Of a stretch of 64,000 nt of DNA, positions 9,760-18,794 are shown in pieces. How positions within the stretch are numbered: the stretch's first letter is position 1; every line of letters starts with the position of its first letter. Where the stretch lies: IMG/VR virus record IMGVR_UViG_3300025018_000093. One strand, given 5' to 3'. Made by a program: the position numbers and the translations under genes. This stretch comes from a virus. Taxonomy: Duplodnaviria > Caudoviricetes. The notes beneath the pieces were generated by a model. That model saw nothing but the letters and a program-made list of their open reading frames with translations, was not told the DNA's origin and did no database searches.

Positions 9760-9933
9760 ATGCTCAAGCTCAGTTTTAGATCCAAGCGGTTTGCGCCCAC
9801 GCACACCATCTACTTTGAAGATGAATGGAACCAGTACGAGATGCAGGTTCAAGTTGACGAAGTAGATGGCATGGCCTGGGATGAGGACGGTGAGGCGGTA
9901 GCTGAGCGAAAGCGTCTGGGAGCCCCTTGGTAA
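9760..9933 (+). CDS. Small hypothetical protein (57 aa)
   Basis: MLKLSFRSKRFAPTHTIYFEDEW...LGAPW*, translated by hand; fills the intergenic gap. Confidence 0.4.
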   Translation: MLKLSFRSKRFAPTHTIYFEDEWNQYEMQVQVDEVDGMAWDEDGEAVAERKRLGAPW

Positions 9934-10028
9934 ATCTTGGATGACAAGCTAAGGGTTGATCCCAACTATACTGTGCGAAAGGTGAAGCCCCTTTCCTGAT
10001 TCGACTTACACCCCGATGAGCCAAGTTG

Positions 10029-10065
10029 ACCGCCGTAGTTCTTCTGAACTGCGGCGGTTTTTTTT
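10029..10065 (+). terminator. Rho-independent terminator
   Basis: accgccgtagttc-ttct-gaactgcggcggt hairpin followed by a T run. Confidence 0.8.
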
Positions 10066-10188
10066 CAATAGCCGTTCGATACCTCCACCTTATCTGTGGA
10101 AGGAGAGCATGGTGCTCTCAATCTTAGATGGGGAGGACTAGTAGTGGTCACTTCTCATAACCCGCACCTCTGAACAGGGAGAATCGAT

Positions 10189-10872
10189 ATGACAGACAAG
10201 ATTCTTGGAGAGGCGTCGGGAGGTTGGACAGAGTCTTCGTCGGCATTGCGTCTTCTTCAACCCGGTATCCGAAACAGTTTGGATGTCCTGGTCGATGATG
10301 CGTTCACACAGACGAATCCGCCCAACGTCCGGACGGCGGGAACAGTCAGCACACAAGTCAACACTCGGATGTTTGGTGTGCCAGGCGGTTCCATTGCTTT
10401 TGTGCGACCCGACGCTCTTGGCGAAGGGTTCGTGGGCGGAAACGTGGAGGGTCTCGACGACGCCAGTCTGGAGACTTTCGTTCGTCCGCTGGGTGTGTTC
10501 ATCAACAACGCGAACGGAAACGCATACGAGAACCTCCCTGGCCAGGCCAGTGGGAAGGGTCCGTATATGTCTTCGCAGGGCGTCTACGGGAACGCACTTT
10601 TCGAGACACAGATCCTGGACGGTGATGCGATCACCGGGTTCGCTACCGGGGACACCATCCCCTACGTGGCGGGCGTGGAACTGATCGCAAGCCGCAACGG
10701 GTATCTGATGCCCCGGGATGCCATCGACGGTGGTGGTACCGTCCGATCTTTGGACGTCGCCGGTTGTGCCGCTGAGGTTGAGCATGGTCGCAGTGCTTCG
10801 ACGCTGATTGCCATCCTCAAGGTGCCTGCGGATTCCAACATCAACGAACTGATTTACGATCAGCGAATCTGA
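10189..10872 (+). CDS. Capsid decoration/cement protein, putative
   Basis: 227 aa, Gly-rich beta protein directly upstream of the major capsid gene, with a strong RBS. Confidence 0.6.
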   Translation: MTDKILGEASGGWTESSSALRLLQPGIRNSLDVLVDDAFTQTNPPNVRTAGTVSTQVNTRMFGVPGGSIAFVRPDALGEGFVGGNVEGLDDASLETFVRPLGVFINNANGNAYENLPGQASGKGPYMSSQGVYGNALFETQILDGDAITGFATGDTIPYVAGVELIASRNGYLMPRDAIDGGGTVRSLDVAGCAAEVEHGRSASTLIAILKVPADSNINELIYDQRI

Positions 10873-10886
10873 GGGAGGAATCAGAC

Positions 10887-11774
10887 ATGGCCACATCAGG
10901 ACGGAACATTAGTGCCAAGCAGAAGCGTGAGATCATTGCTCGCTACCTGTCGACCCAGAATGGTCGGCACAAGCTGGCTGCCAGTCTCACCCAGCCGCTT
11001 CGCCTTCGCCGCGACTACTCGGCGGTCGGTCGTAAGACCTTCCTCGTGGAGCAGTTGCCGGATGGGGCTCTCCCCATCTATGACAAAGACCCCGATGTCA
11101 CTGCCTTCGTGATCGGTGAAGAGGGTGAGAACATTGTCGCGATGGTGAAGAGCCGCCGCGTGCTGTTCCCGCTGTTCGAGATCGCCTCGAACCCGGAAAT
11201 CCCCCTGACCCAGATCAAGGAGCGTCGGTACGACCTCATCGAGCGTTCGCAGGATCTCGCGCGTGCCGAGATTCAGGCTGCGGAAGACTCTCGCGTCTTC
11301 TCCATCCTGGACTCCATCGCCGTCTCCGGCTTCGATTCGGTTCCTGGTCAGACCAACCCCGACATCCCGGTTGTCGCACCCCTCAACGGTGCTGTGCTGG
11401 CTGACGCTTTCGCATCCATCGAGCGCCACGACCTTCGCGTCGCCCGTATGTACATGAACGCCGTCGACTACGCCGACATCCGCAAGTTCGGTCGTGACAT
11501 CCTCGACACCGAGACGCAGCAGAGCTTGCTCCGTACCGGCCTCATGGGGACGCTGTGGGGAGCCCAGCTCATCACCAGCCGTCTCGTGCCCGCTGGGACA
11601 GTGTACTGCTGCTGTGACCCGGAGATGTTCGGTAGGATTCCAGTACGCACTGAGCTTACCGTTCTCTCTGCCGACGATCCGAAGGCTCGCACCATCGGTT
11701 TCTCGGTCTTCGAGAACATCGGTATCGGCGCGTACAACCCGCGCGGTCTCGTGCGCTTGAGCATCAGCCGCTAA
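10887..11774 (+). CDS. Major capsid protein (HK97-like fold, putative)
   Basis: 295 aa with strongly biased codon usage, GAGGAGG RBS and a downstream terminator. RRDYSAVGRKTFLVEQLPDGALP segment is typical of large-phage capsid proteins. Confidence 0.8.
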   Translation: MATSGRNISAKQKREIIARYLSTQNGRHKLAASLTQPLRLRRDYSAVGRKTFLVEQLPDGALPIYDKDPDVTAFVIGEEGENIVAMVKSRRVLFPLFEIASNPEIPLTQIKERRYDLIERSQDLARAEIQAAEDSRVFSILDSIAVSGFDSVPGQTNPDIPVVAPLNGAVLADAFASIERHDLRVARMYMNAVDYADIRKFGRDILDTETQQSLLRTGLMGTLWGAQLITSRLVPAGTVYCCCDPEMFGRIPVRTELTVLSADDPKARTIGFSVFENIGIGAYNPRGLVRLSISR

Positions 11775-11803
11775 GCCAATTTCCGGCTATCCTCGCTCAT
11801 CTG

Positions 11804-11836
11804 AACCCCTGGGGCTTTGGCCTCGGGGGTTTTTTT
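11804..11836 (+). terminator. Rho-independent terminator after the capsid gene
   Basis: aacccctggggc-tttg-gcctcgggggtt hairpin followed by a T run. Confidence 0.85.
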
Positions 11837-11902
11837 GTATCTCCACTCAGAGGTACGAAACCGCTTGATCTGCCCTTTGGTATGAGGTACAGTTAGTTTC
11901 CG

Positions 11903-14470
11903 ATGCATTGCGTCCACACCATGGAGAGTGCTATGGGAAGCTTGTCTTCGAGGGTCACAAAGGAAAGTCTGGAGAGACTTCACGCGGAGTGTACGGACAG
12001 GGAGGTGGCAGCCTTGTACGGGGTCACGGATGTGGCCGTGAGTCGCCTTCGGTACAGGTGGGGAATAACGACGCTCTCCCAGCGGGAACGCCGGGAGGTG
12101 CTGCGGGGGGCTGAAGGGTTATCTTTGGACACCCTGACACCCGCGAAGTTGGTGGACCTGTACACACAGATGGGGGACTCCCAGATTGGTGCCCTTTACG
12201 GTGTGTCAGGCACGACGATTCGGAAACTCCGGCAGGATTGGGGTATACTGAGTCTCTCCAAACGCGAGAGGTCTACCTCAGTAGGAGACTTCACGGAGGA
12301 CCAGAAGCAAATCTGCATGGGAACCCTGCTTGGGGATGGTCACCTCATGAAGCATGGAGTCTTGAAGATATCCCATGCTTGGCACCAGCTTTCGTACACG
12401 AGATGGTTGCAACGAGCGTTGCAACCGCATGCTCGCCCTCTCTTCTATGAAGAGAAACAGATGGATACAGGGACTCTGTGTTTTGCCTTCGGGTTTCGTA
12501 CCCAGGAGCATGTTTGGTTGCGGACCCTCCGAGGGATTTTTTACCCAGAGGGGAGGCGTATCTTTCCGCAGTCTGTTCTGGAGGAGTTAGGGCCTTTGGG
12601 CTTAGCGGTCTGGTACTTCGATGATGGGAACCTTGCGAGTGGCCTTCCCTCTTTTGCACTGGGGGAGATCAGCGACCAGGAAGCGGAAGCGGTATGTCAG
12701 AAGGTGCACCAGAGGTTTGGACTCGACACTTATGTCCGACCACAGTCCACGGAGACCTGCAAAATTATGGGGGTGCGCGGGGGAAGTGCTGACATCTTCT
12801 TTCACCTGGTGCGCTCTTATGCCACCCCAGATATGCTCCACAAGCTCCCCCAGAAACACTGGACCACACACGCTCCGCTTCACATCCACAGCACGCCCGA
12901 GAAAGGGATTCCGCAGGAGTTGGGAGAGCGGTGCTGTGCGTGGGACTCCCTAAGTGCACAGTCTAGGGAGACGCTCCTGGGGGACCTTGTGGCGTACTGG
13001 CACCAGCGGGGTTTCCCACATTACGTGCCCCGCCCCGAGGAACTGGAAACGCTGCTGTCCCTATCTGCGGAGCAGGTTCTCCGCAAGGATGGTCTTTCCT
13101 GTCGTCCACACAATGTGGGGCAGGCAACTTGCCAGGCGTTCGCAACGCACATCTGGGAGGCTCGTTCTTGGGGATCTAAGCAGAGTCCTCGGGAGATATT
13201 TGAGGATGCAGACGCTCTTGGTAAAGCAATGTGCGCTCGCCTCACGGCCCGCAGTAAGACGCAAAAAGGACGTGTGGCACCCATGTCCGCAGCGGAGGTT
13301 CGTGTCAGTATCCGTTCCTGGAAGCTCTCCGGGGTGTACAATTTCAGACCGAGCCTAGCCAAGATACTAGTAGACTTGTACGGCACTCCTGGAGGGACTG
13401 TGTATGATCCCTGTGCTGGATATGGGGGAAGGATGCTCGGTGTGGTGCTTTCCCAGCATGTGATGCGTTACGTAGGGTGCGACCCCCATCGGGAGGGGAT
13501 CGCGCGTCTCGGTTCTTTCGCAGGTTGGTTGGAGGAGTACCTTCCAGGAGTGTCTTCCAGGGTGTCTTTGCATGTCACTCCTGCAGAGGACTTCTATCCA
13601 CCCCCCTGTGATCTTGTGATCACGTCTCCTCCCTACTGGTGTCGCGAGCAGTATGAAGACTCCCCACAGCAGTCCGGGGTACGGTACCCCACATACGCGG
13701 CATGGCTGGAAGGATTTTGGTCACGTGTACTTGGAGCTTCCTATCAAGCTCTCCGTCCGGGTGGGTGGATGCTCCTGAATGTGGATGACTTCACCATTGG
13801 GCAAACCTCATATCCTCTGGTGAAGGACACTTTGGATCTATGCCGAGACCTCGGTCTCCATCTGGAAAAGACTTTCCGCTATGAGATGCCGAGGTTTGCG
13901 CAGCGGAGAAATCATGAGTCTATTCTGGCTTTGGTCAAACACGGAGATGCCCGTGAAGTGACCCCGGCTGCCAAAATGACACTCTCTCGTTGTACCCAAT
14001 GTGGGTGCGTGTTACCTGCGAGGGAGCTTCGGGAAAAACGGTGCTCCGACTGCCGAAAGCCAAAGACACATATTGTGGTCTGTGAGGGCTGTGGGCAAAA
14101 GCTGGAGGCTCATCGGGGAAACCGCCGCTTCTGTTCTGAGAACTGTAGGGCTCGGCACCACCGAAAGAAAAAGTCCGAGGGGAGGGGTGCTATCGTGCGT
14201 TCCTTCCTCTGCATCTCTTGCGGGAAGACTTGGGAGACGGAAGCTCAGGGAAGTTTCAAATGGTGCCCTGTGTGCCGGGAGAGGGAGGCAATCCAAAAAA
14301 GGACGCAGACGTGCGCGTATCACCATTGCGGGAGAGAGTTCGTTGACACCACCCCGAAAAACTCGATGAGTTACTGTCATCCAGAGCATCGTCGTCGCGA
14401 GAAGTTGTTTCGCTCTGGTAAGGCGAAGGATTTGAGCTACTTCCGAAGTCCAGATCCCGTGCTGGGATAA
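11903..14470 (+). CDS. Fusion: 2x HTH + LAGLIDADG endonuclease + amino-DNA methyltransferase + Zn-finger array
   Basis: GTLLGDGH and LAVWYFDDG (LAGLIDADG motifs); YDPCAGYGGR (SAM-binding); TSPPY (catalytic); about 8 CxxC-type pairs at the C-terminus. Confidence 0.8.
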   Translation: MHCVHTMESAMGSLSSRVTKESLERLHAECTDREVAALYGVTDVAVSRLRYRWGITTLSQRERREVLRGAEGLSLDTLTPAKLVDLYTQMGDSQIGALYGVSGTTIRKLRQDWGILSLSKRERSTSVGDFTEDQKQICMGTLLGDGHLMKHGVLKISHAWHQLSYTRWLQRALQPHARPLFYEEKQMDTGTLCFAFGFRTQEHVWLRTLRGIFYPEGRRIFPQSVLEELGPLGLAVWYFDDGNLASGLPSFALGEISDQEAEAVCQKVHQRFGLDTYVRPQSTETCKIMGVRGGSADIFFHLVRSYATPDMLHKLPQKHWTTHAPLHIHSTPEKGIPQELGERCCAWDSLSAQSRETLLGDLVAYWHQRGFPHYVPRPEELETLLSLSAEQVLRKDGLSCRPHNVGQATCQAFATHIWEARSWGSKQSPREIFEDADALGKAMCARLTARSKTQKGRVAPMSAAEVRVSIRSWKLSGVYNFRPSLAKILVDLYGTPGGTVYDPCAGYGGRMLGVVLSQHVMRYVGCDPHREGIARLGSFAGWLEEYLPGVSSRVSLHVTPAEDFYPPPCDLVITSPPYWCREQYEDSPQQSGVRYPTYAAWLEGFWSRVLGASYQALRPGGWMLLNVDDFTIGQTSYPLVKDTLDLCRDLGLHLEKTFRYEMPRFAQRRNHESILALVKHGDAREVTPAAKMTLSRCTQCGCVLPARELREKRCSDCRKPKTHIVVCEGCGQKLEAHRGNRRFCSENCRARHHRKKKSEGRGAIVRSFLCISCGKTWETEAQGSFKWCPVCREREAIQKRTQTCAYHHCGREFVDTTPKNSMSYCHPEHRRREKLFRSGKAKDLSYFRSPDPVLG

Positions 14471-14476
14471 GTAGGA

Positions 14477-14547
14477 GGAGTGCGGCGGAAACTCTGCGAA
14501 GTTTCTACCGCACTCCGGGGAGACAATCTGAAAGTGCGGCGGAAACT
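14477..14547. repeat. 17-bp inverted repeat plus 15-bp direct repeat
   Basis: ggagtgcggcggaaact (14477-14493) pairs with agtttctaccgcactcc (14500-14516); agtgcggcggaaact recurs at 14533-14547. Confidence 0.75.
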
Positions 14548-14714
14548 TTCAGGGTCTCCTGCTACCAGGTACCGTCTGAGACGGTAACCTTGGTTCAATC
14601 TACCGGCGGTCTCGCGTGAAAGTCAAGCTGAAGTGAAAGGCGGTCACTTCTTTCCGACTTTGCGTATAGTCGGTGGAGAGCACCCGTCGGTGCGTTACCG
14701 CGTAGGAGTCCCGT

Positions 14715-14843
14715 ATGGTGAACCGTCCAGACAATGAGCCGATCCGATGTGTTGATTGCGAGCAGCTCCTGGAGCCAGGTGGGGACAATGGGCGTGGGCA
14801 GTGTTACGATTGCGCTGCCGAGGGTGCGGAAGACGAGGAGTAA
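14715..14843 (+). CDS. Micro Zn-finger protein (42 aa)
   Basis: AGGAG RBS; MVNRPDNEPIRCVDCEQLLEPGGDNGRGQCYDCAAEGAEDEE* has two CxxC motifs. Confidence 0.55.
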   Translation: MVNRPDNEPIRCVDCEQLLEPGGDNGRGQCYDCAAEGAEDEE

Positions 14844-14891
14844 TACCCTTCTTCGATCCAAGGCTGAGCGATTACGGCGTGAGAGTTGAGT

Positions 14892-15215
14892 ATGTCGAAG
14901 ATTCCATATAACTGGCACCGTCTGTACGGGGGAAACCGGGTGAAGTCCCCACCGGAGAACGGCGGGCATGTCCTGATGGTGTTCAAGACCACTTCCGTCT
15001 ACATCCCTGGGGATGAGCGAAGCCGGACGCATCCGGGGCATGGGTACCCTGAGCGCACGGAGATGCATGACACATTTGAGATTTACCTTTTTGAGGACAA
15101 GGAGAAGTGGGCCGCCGCCTTGACGGAACTTTACAAAGAGGACCCCTATCGTGTAGACGTGTGGGCGTTCACGGCAGGTCTTCCGGCCAAGCCCAAAATT
15201 CGATGGGAGCTGTGA
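14892..15215 (+). CDS. Hypothetical protein
   Basis: ORF with TGATG overlap to the next gene. Confidence 0.55.
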   Translation: MSKIPYNWHRLYGGNRVKSPPENGGHVLMVFKTTSVYIPGDERSRTHPGHGYPERTEMHDTFEIYLFEDKEKWAAALTELYKEDPYRVDVWAFTAGLPAKPKIRWEL

Positions 15216-16114
15216 TGGGCAAGATACGAGGAGAGCGAGGGGTGTGTACAGCTGAGCAAGAGGACATTTTCCCGGAGGTGGATTACAGCGATGCCAAGTC
15301 TGTCATTGCTGCTCTCCAGCAGGATCGGAGTACCGTGAGCATGCAGGAGCTGCAACGTCCAGACCGTGCTCTGGTACTGGAGGAAGTCGCCAAGTGGGTG
15401 CGGTCCCAGCCTGAGATGTCGGAGCTGAAGCAGGGCATTCTGGAGGTGTGTTTGATCCTGCACATCCCGGATGCAGCCGAGGATGGGCTTATCCCGGTGG
15501 ACCCGGATGCAGCTGCCGTGATCTTCTCTATCCTGCTAGAGGAGAAGGCAGGAGTTTCCTCTCTGCTCTATCCCTTTCTGGTTATGCTCCAGAATGAGGA
15601 TCGTGGGGGACTGTTCCAGGAAACGGACTTGCGGCGCCGTCTCCCAGAGAAGATGGGAGTCCCACTAGAGAGTATCGAAGGGGAGCTGAAAGCAGCCCTC
15701 AAGTTGCTCCGTGACAGAGGGGTTCTTGTATGGTACGCGGATGGGGGCATGTACCTGGACCGCCACTATATTCAACCCTCTCGTGAGGAGTTGAAGGCTG
15801 CGGGGTACTTCTCTCTCCCCACTGTGCTAGGGGAGACTCCCTCGGAGTTGTATGACGTGGAGATCCCCAAAGGTCTTACTCCCTTCCAGAATCTTGAAAA
15901 AGGGGGTGTTATGCCGTACGGCGTGAATATGGGTGCAGCCGAGAGAAAGAGTTCCTCAGACAAGGCGCTTCTCGTCTACATCGAGAAGCTCGGATCGGAG
16001 GTGTGGGTACCCAAGTCCGTCATCCACGATGGCTCCGAGGTGTACGAGGGTGGGGATGGAGAAGGGGACTTGGTCGTCAAATCCTGGTGGGCTGAAAAGG
16101 AAGGTTGGGAATGA
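15215..16114 (+). CDS. Hypothetical protein; C-terminal KALLV...VWVPKS small beta domain
   Basis: 299-aa ORF with ATGA coupling to def. Confidence 0.6.
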   Translation: MGKIRGERGVCTAEQEDIFPEVDYSDAKSVIAALQQDRSTVSMQELQRPDRALVLEEVAKWVRSQPEMSELKQGILEVCLILHIPDAAEDGLIPVDPDAAAVIFSILLEEKAGVSSLLYPFLVMLQNEDRGGLFQETDLRRRLPEKMGVPLESIEGELKAALKLLRDRGVLVWYADGGMYLDRHYIQPSREELKAAGYFSLPTVLGETPSELYDVEIPKGLTPFQNLEKGGVMPYGVNMGAAERKSSSDKALLVYIEKLGSEVWVPKSVIHDGSEVYEGGDGEGDLVVKSWWAEKEGWE

Positions 16115-16758
16115 ACGCAGAGCCTAAAGTGCAGGACATCACTAACACAGTCGAGGACTTTCTCCAGAACCTGGAAGAGGGTGTGGCAGAAGAGAGGGGG
16201 GAGGGAGAGAAGTACTCGGGTCAGGTCCGAGAGGTCATTCTTTTCGGGAACCCTCTTCTCCGGGAGCCCAGTGCACCCGTGCCTGAGGTGACGGAGGACG
16301 TTCAAAAATTGGCAGCGGACCTCACGGCCACAATGTTCGACTACGGCGGCGCGGGTATTGCGGCACCACAGATCGGGAGAAATCTGCGTGTGGTGGTTCT
16401 GAGGGACAACCCAAGAGAGGAACTCGATGACGTGATCTTGGTGCGAGCGATGGTCAACCCTGTGATCCTTTCCAGGGAGGGGTCCTTCTCTATGCTGGAG
16501 GGCTGCCTCTCAATCCCTGGTGCTCGGGGAACTGTGGAGCGTTCCGCCACGGTGGTCGTTTCATACCTGGACCTACAGGGGGAGGCGCAGGAGAAGGAGC
16601 TTTCAGGGTACCAGGCGGCTGCAGTACAACATGAGTTGGACCACCTGGACGGAAAGTTGTTTGTGGACCACCTCAGTGCTTTCCAGAAGAGCCGGGCTCT
16701 GGAGAAGCATCGAAAGGTCATGAAGAAGGCATATCGGCAGGCTAAGAGAAGCTTGTGA
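16111..16758 (+). CDS. def: Peptide deformylase
   Basis: All three family motifs present: GAGIAAPQIG, EGCLS, QHELDHLDG. Confidence 0.95.
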   Translation: MNAEPKVQDITNTVEDFLQNLEEGVAEERGEGEKYSGQVREVILFGNPLLREPSAPVPEVTEDVQKLAADLTATMFDYGGAGIAAPQIGRNLRVVVLRDNPREELDDVILVRAMVNPVILSREGSFSMLEGCLSIPGARGTVERSATVVVSYLDLQGEAQEKELSGYQAAAVQHELDHLDGKLFVDHLSAFQKSRALEKHRKVMKKAYRQAKRSL

Positions 16759-16769
16759 TAGGAAGGGGT

Positions 16770-17060
16770 ATGTGCGAAGAATGCATTGAGGGCGTTGCTC
16801 GTATGGTGGGAGACTTTCTGGAGGACGAGGATGTTCCCCCAGAGTTGGCTTTTTCTGCTCTGCATATGTTGGCGAGAGTGATCGAGCTGCGCACGGGGAT
16901 GTCCTTGCAGGACATGACTGCACTCTTGCACCAGGGTCGAGAGCTTGGGGAGCACGTTTCCGAGAAAATGGGATGCTACCTCCCGCTCAATGAGGAGGAG
17001 AAGCATCGGTCTCTCCTGGTGGAGGCTACCCTGAAGCACTACAACGAGAAGCCAGATTGA
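16770..17060 (+). CDS. Hypothetical protein
   Basis: GGAAGGGG RBS; 96-aa helical ORF. Confidence 0.55.
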   Translation: MCEECIEGVARMVGDFLEDEDVPPELAFSALHMLARVIELRTGMSLQDMTALLHQGRELGEHVSEKMGCYLPLNEEEKHRSLLVEATLKHYNEKPD

Positions 17061-17147
17061 TGTTGTACAGGGCGAAATATCTCGCGGGTGTGGGCAGTAC
17101 TCGGGTACGGGAACCCGAGCCGAAATCCCACAACCAGCGAGAAGAGC

Positions 17148-17515
17148 ATGAGCAAGAGATCCCAGAGACGACACGAGCTGGCCAAGCGTAAGCTCCGTTG
17201 GATTCGCATCACTTCAAGATGGTGGTACCTTTCTGCAAACGAGGTGTCCGAAGGGGCAGCTCTGAGCTGGGAGGGGAGCCCAACCCCAAATTGGCCCAAC
17301 CAGGCCTTTGCCGTAGCCCTACGGAGGCCACGAACCCCAACTCCCTGTTCGTGCCCCATGTGCGGTATCCCAGACGGTGGTTCAAAACAGTCACCCCTCA
17401 GGAGCGCCGGTCTGCAGACCAGTACCAGTATCAATTGCAGGAGCTGGAGAGAGGCTGCCCGTCAAGGGTACTTCGAGTGAAGGGGGGACAGTGCAAAAAG
17501 ATGATAAGATGGTGA
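17148..17515 (+). pseudogene. Small Cys-motif protein with apparent frameshift at about 17367
   Basis: TPCSCPMCG in one frame continues as PRRWFKTVTPQERR in another; one extra base would restore CGNPRR. Confidence 0.45.
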
Positions 17516-17772
17516 CATACCACATGTATGTTTGTCGGTGCCAGGATGGTAGTCTCTACACGGGCATCGCAAAGGATGTCACAGCTCGCGTGTGTAGACA
17601 CAACTCCGGGAGGGGAGCCAAGTACACTCGGTCGCGCCTCCCCGTGGTGTTGGAATCTTCCTGGGAGTACCCAGATCGCAGCTCTGCGCTAAAAGCGGAG
17701 TACGCCTTCAAGCAACTTAGCCGGGAACGTAAACTCGCATGCCTCGCGGGGCGGACAAGCCTTCCATTTTGA
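17491..17772 (+). CDS. Minimal GIY-YIG nuclease (UPF0213/YhbQ-like)
   Basis: YHMYVCRCQDGSLYTG...RHNSGRGAKYTRSRLPV...ALKAEYAFKQLSR. Confidence 0.9.
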   Translation: MQKDDKMVTYHMYVCRCQDGSLYTGIAKDVTARVCRHNSGRGAKYTRSRLPVVLESSWEYPDRSSALKAEYAFKQLSRERKLACLAGRTSLPF

Positions 17773-17819
17773 CTTGCCTATCCTTTGACCTTTCCAGGAA
17801 CTCTGCAAAGGAGCGGAAA

Positions 17820-18047
17820 ATGACCAAGCGCTCGGTACGCGCAACGTTCTTTGGGAAAGGTTGGGGCAAAATTAAGTACCTTGATCACACTCTTCTTGGC
17901 TGCAACGTCCATTACCTTGGTAGTGTGTGGAGGGTCACTGTCGCGTACCAGGGGGCTACGCCTAAGTTGGAGCCCTGGCTGGTGCTACGAAGGGGTATGA
18001 CCGAGGTCACCGTGAAGCCCCATGAAGTTGATCTAGCGTTTGACTAG
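17820..18047 (+). CDS. Hypothetical protein
   Basis: AAGGAG RBS; 75 aa. Confidence 0.5.
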   Translation: MTKRSVRATFFGKGWGKIKYLDHTLLGCNVHYLGSVWRVTVAYQGATPKLEPWLVLRRGMTEVTVKPHEVDLAFD

Positions 18048-18062
18048 GGTAAGGGATCTCGC

Positions 18063-18761
18063 ATGTCGGCACATGATTCGTTCCGGGTTCTCGTTGAACA
18101 CATAGAGAAAGACATCCCAGGTTTTCGAATTGGCTACAAGGATGAGAAGCTGGCATTGCGAGATTGGAAACTCTGGGTTGCGGCACGCACAGTCGGTCTC
18201 TTCAACAAGAGGTTCATGACGGACTACACCACAACGCTGTACCCGACCGTCTACTTCACCTCCCGTTCTGTTGTAGAGGAAGATCCCCTGGGGTGCTTCC
18301 GAACACTGTGCCACGAGTATGTGCACCTGTGGGATGAGAAGAAGCGAAGACTCTTGTTTCCCACTAGCTACCTGCTCCCACAGATCCTGGCTGTTTTCTC
18401 CCTTGGGGCGTTGGGAGCCATTTGGTGTCTGTGGTTTCTTTTGTTCCTTGGATTTCTCGGGTTCCTTGCACCTTGGAGATCGCCTTGGCGGTCCAGATGG
18501 GAAATGCGGGGCTACACCATGAATCTGCTGACCCACTACTGGTCGCAGGGTACGGTACCGGAGAGCCTCCGTTCTCACATCGTGCCTTGTTTCACGGATG
18601 TGGGTGCGTACTACCGCATGTGGCCAGATGCGAAGGCTGTCCGATTGGAGATTGACCGTCGTGCGAAACTGATTGAGTCCGGTCTACTCTTGGAAGAGGA
18701 GAGGGACAAGGAACCGTATGAAGTCTGCCAGGCCATATGGCAGAACACTTTCAACAAGTAG
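18063..18761 (+). CDS. Putative membrane-associated zinc metallopeptidase
   Basis: CHEYVH (HExxH), hydrophobic hairpin, then WEMRGY (candidate third ligand E). Confidence 0.65.
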   Translation: MSAHDSFRVLVEHIEKDIPGFRIGYKDEKLALRDWKLWVAARTVGLFNKRFMTDYTTTLYPTVYFTSRSVVEEDPLGCFRTLCHEYVHLWDEKKRRLLFPTSYLLPQILAVFSLGALGAIWCLWFLLFLGFLGFLAPWRSPWRSRWEMRGYTMNLLTHYWSQGTVPESLRSHIVPCFTDVGAYYRMWPDAKAVRLEIDRRAKLIESGLLLEEERDKEPYEVCQAIWQNTFNK

Positions 18762-18794
18762 GCCCTGTGCCTGACAGAGGAGGAGAACACAAGT

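Noticed and set aside
9940-10030. Ribozyme or riboswitch upstream of the terminator (GAAA, CTGAT and GATGAG fragments)
   Set aside because: Could not assemble a hammerhead core or a c-di-GMP consensus with proper stems; an Infernal/Rfam scan would be needed.
14550-14592. Cluster of BsaI, KpnI, BsmBI and BstEII sites suggesting engineered DNA
   Set aside because: Explained by local palindromes in GC-rich DNA; no vector sequence.
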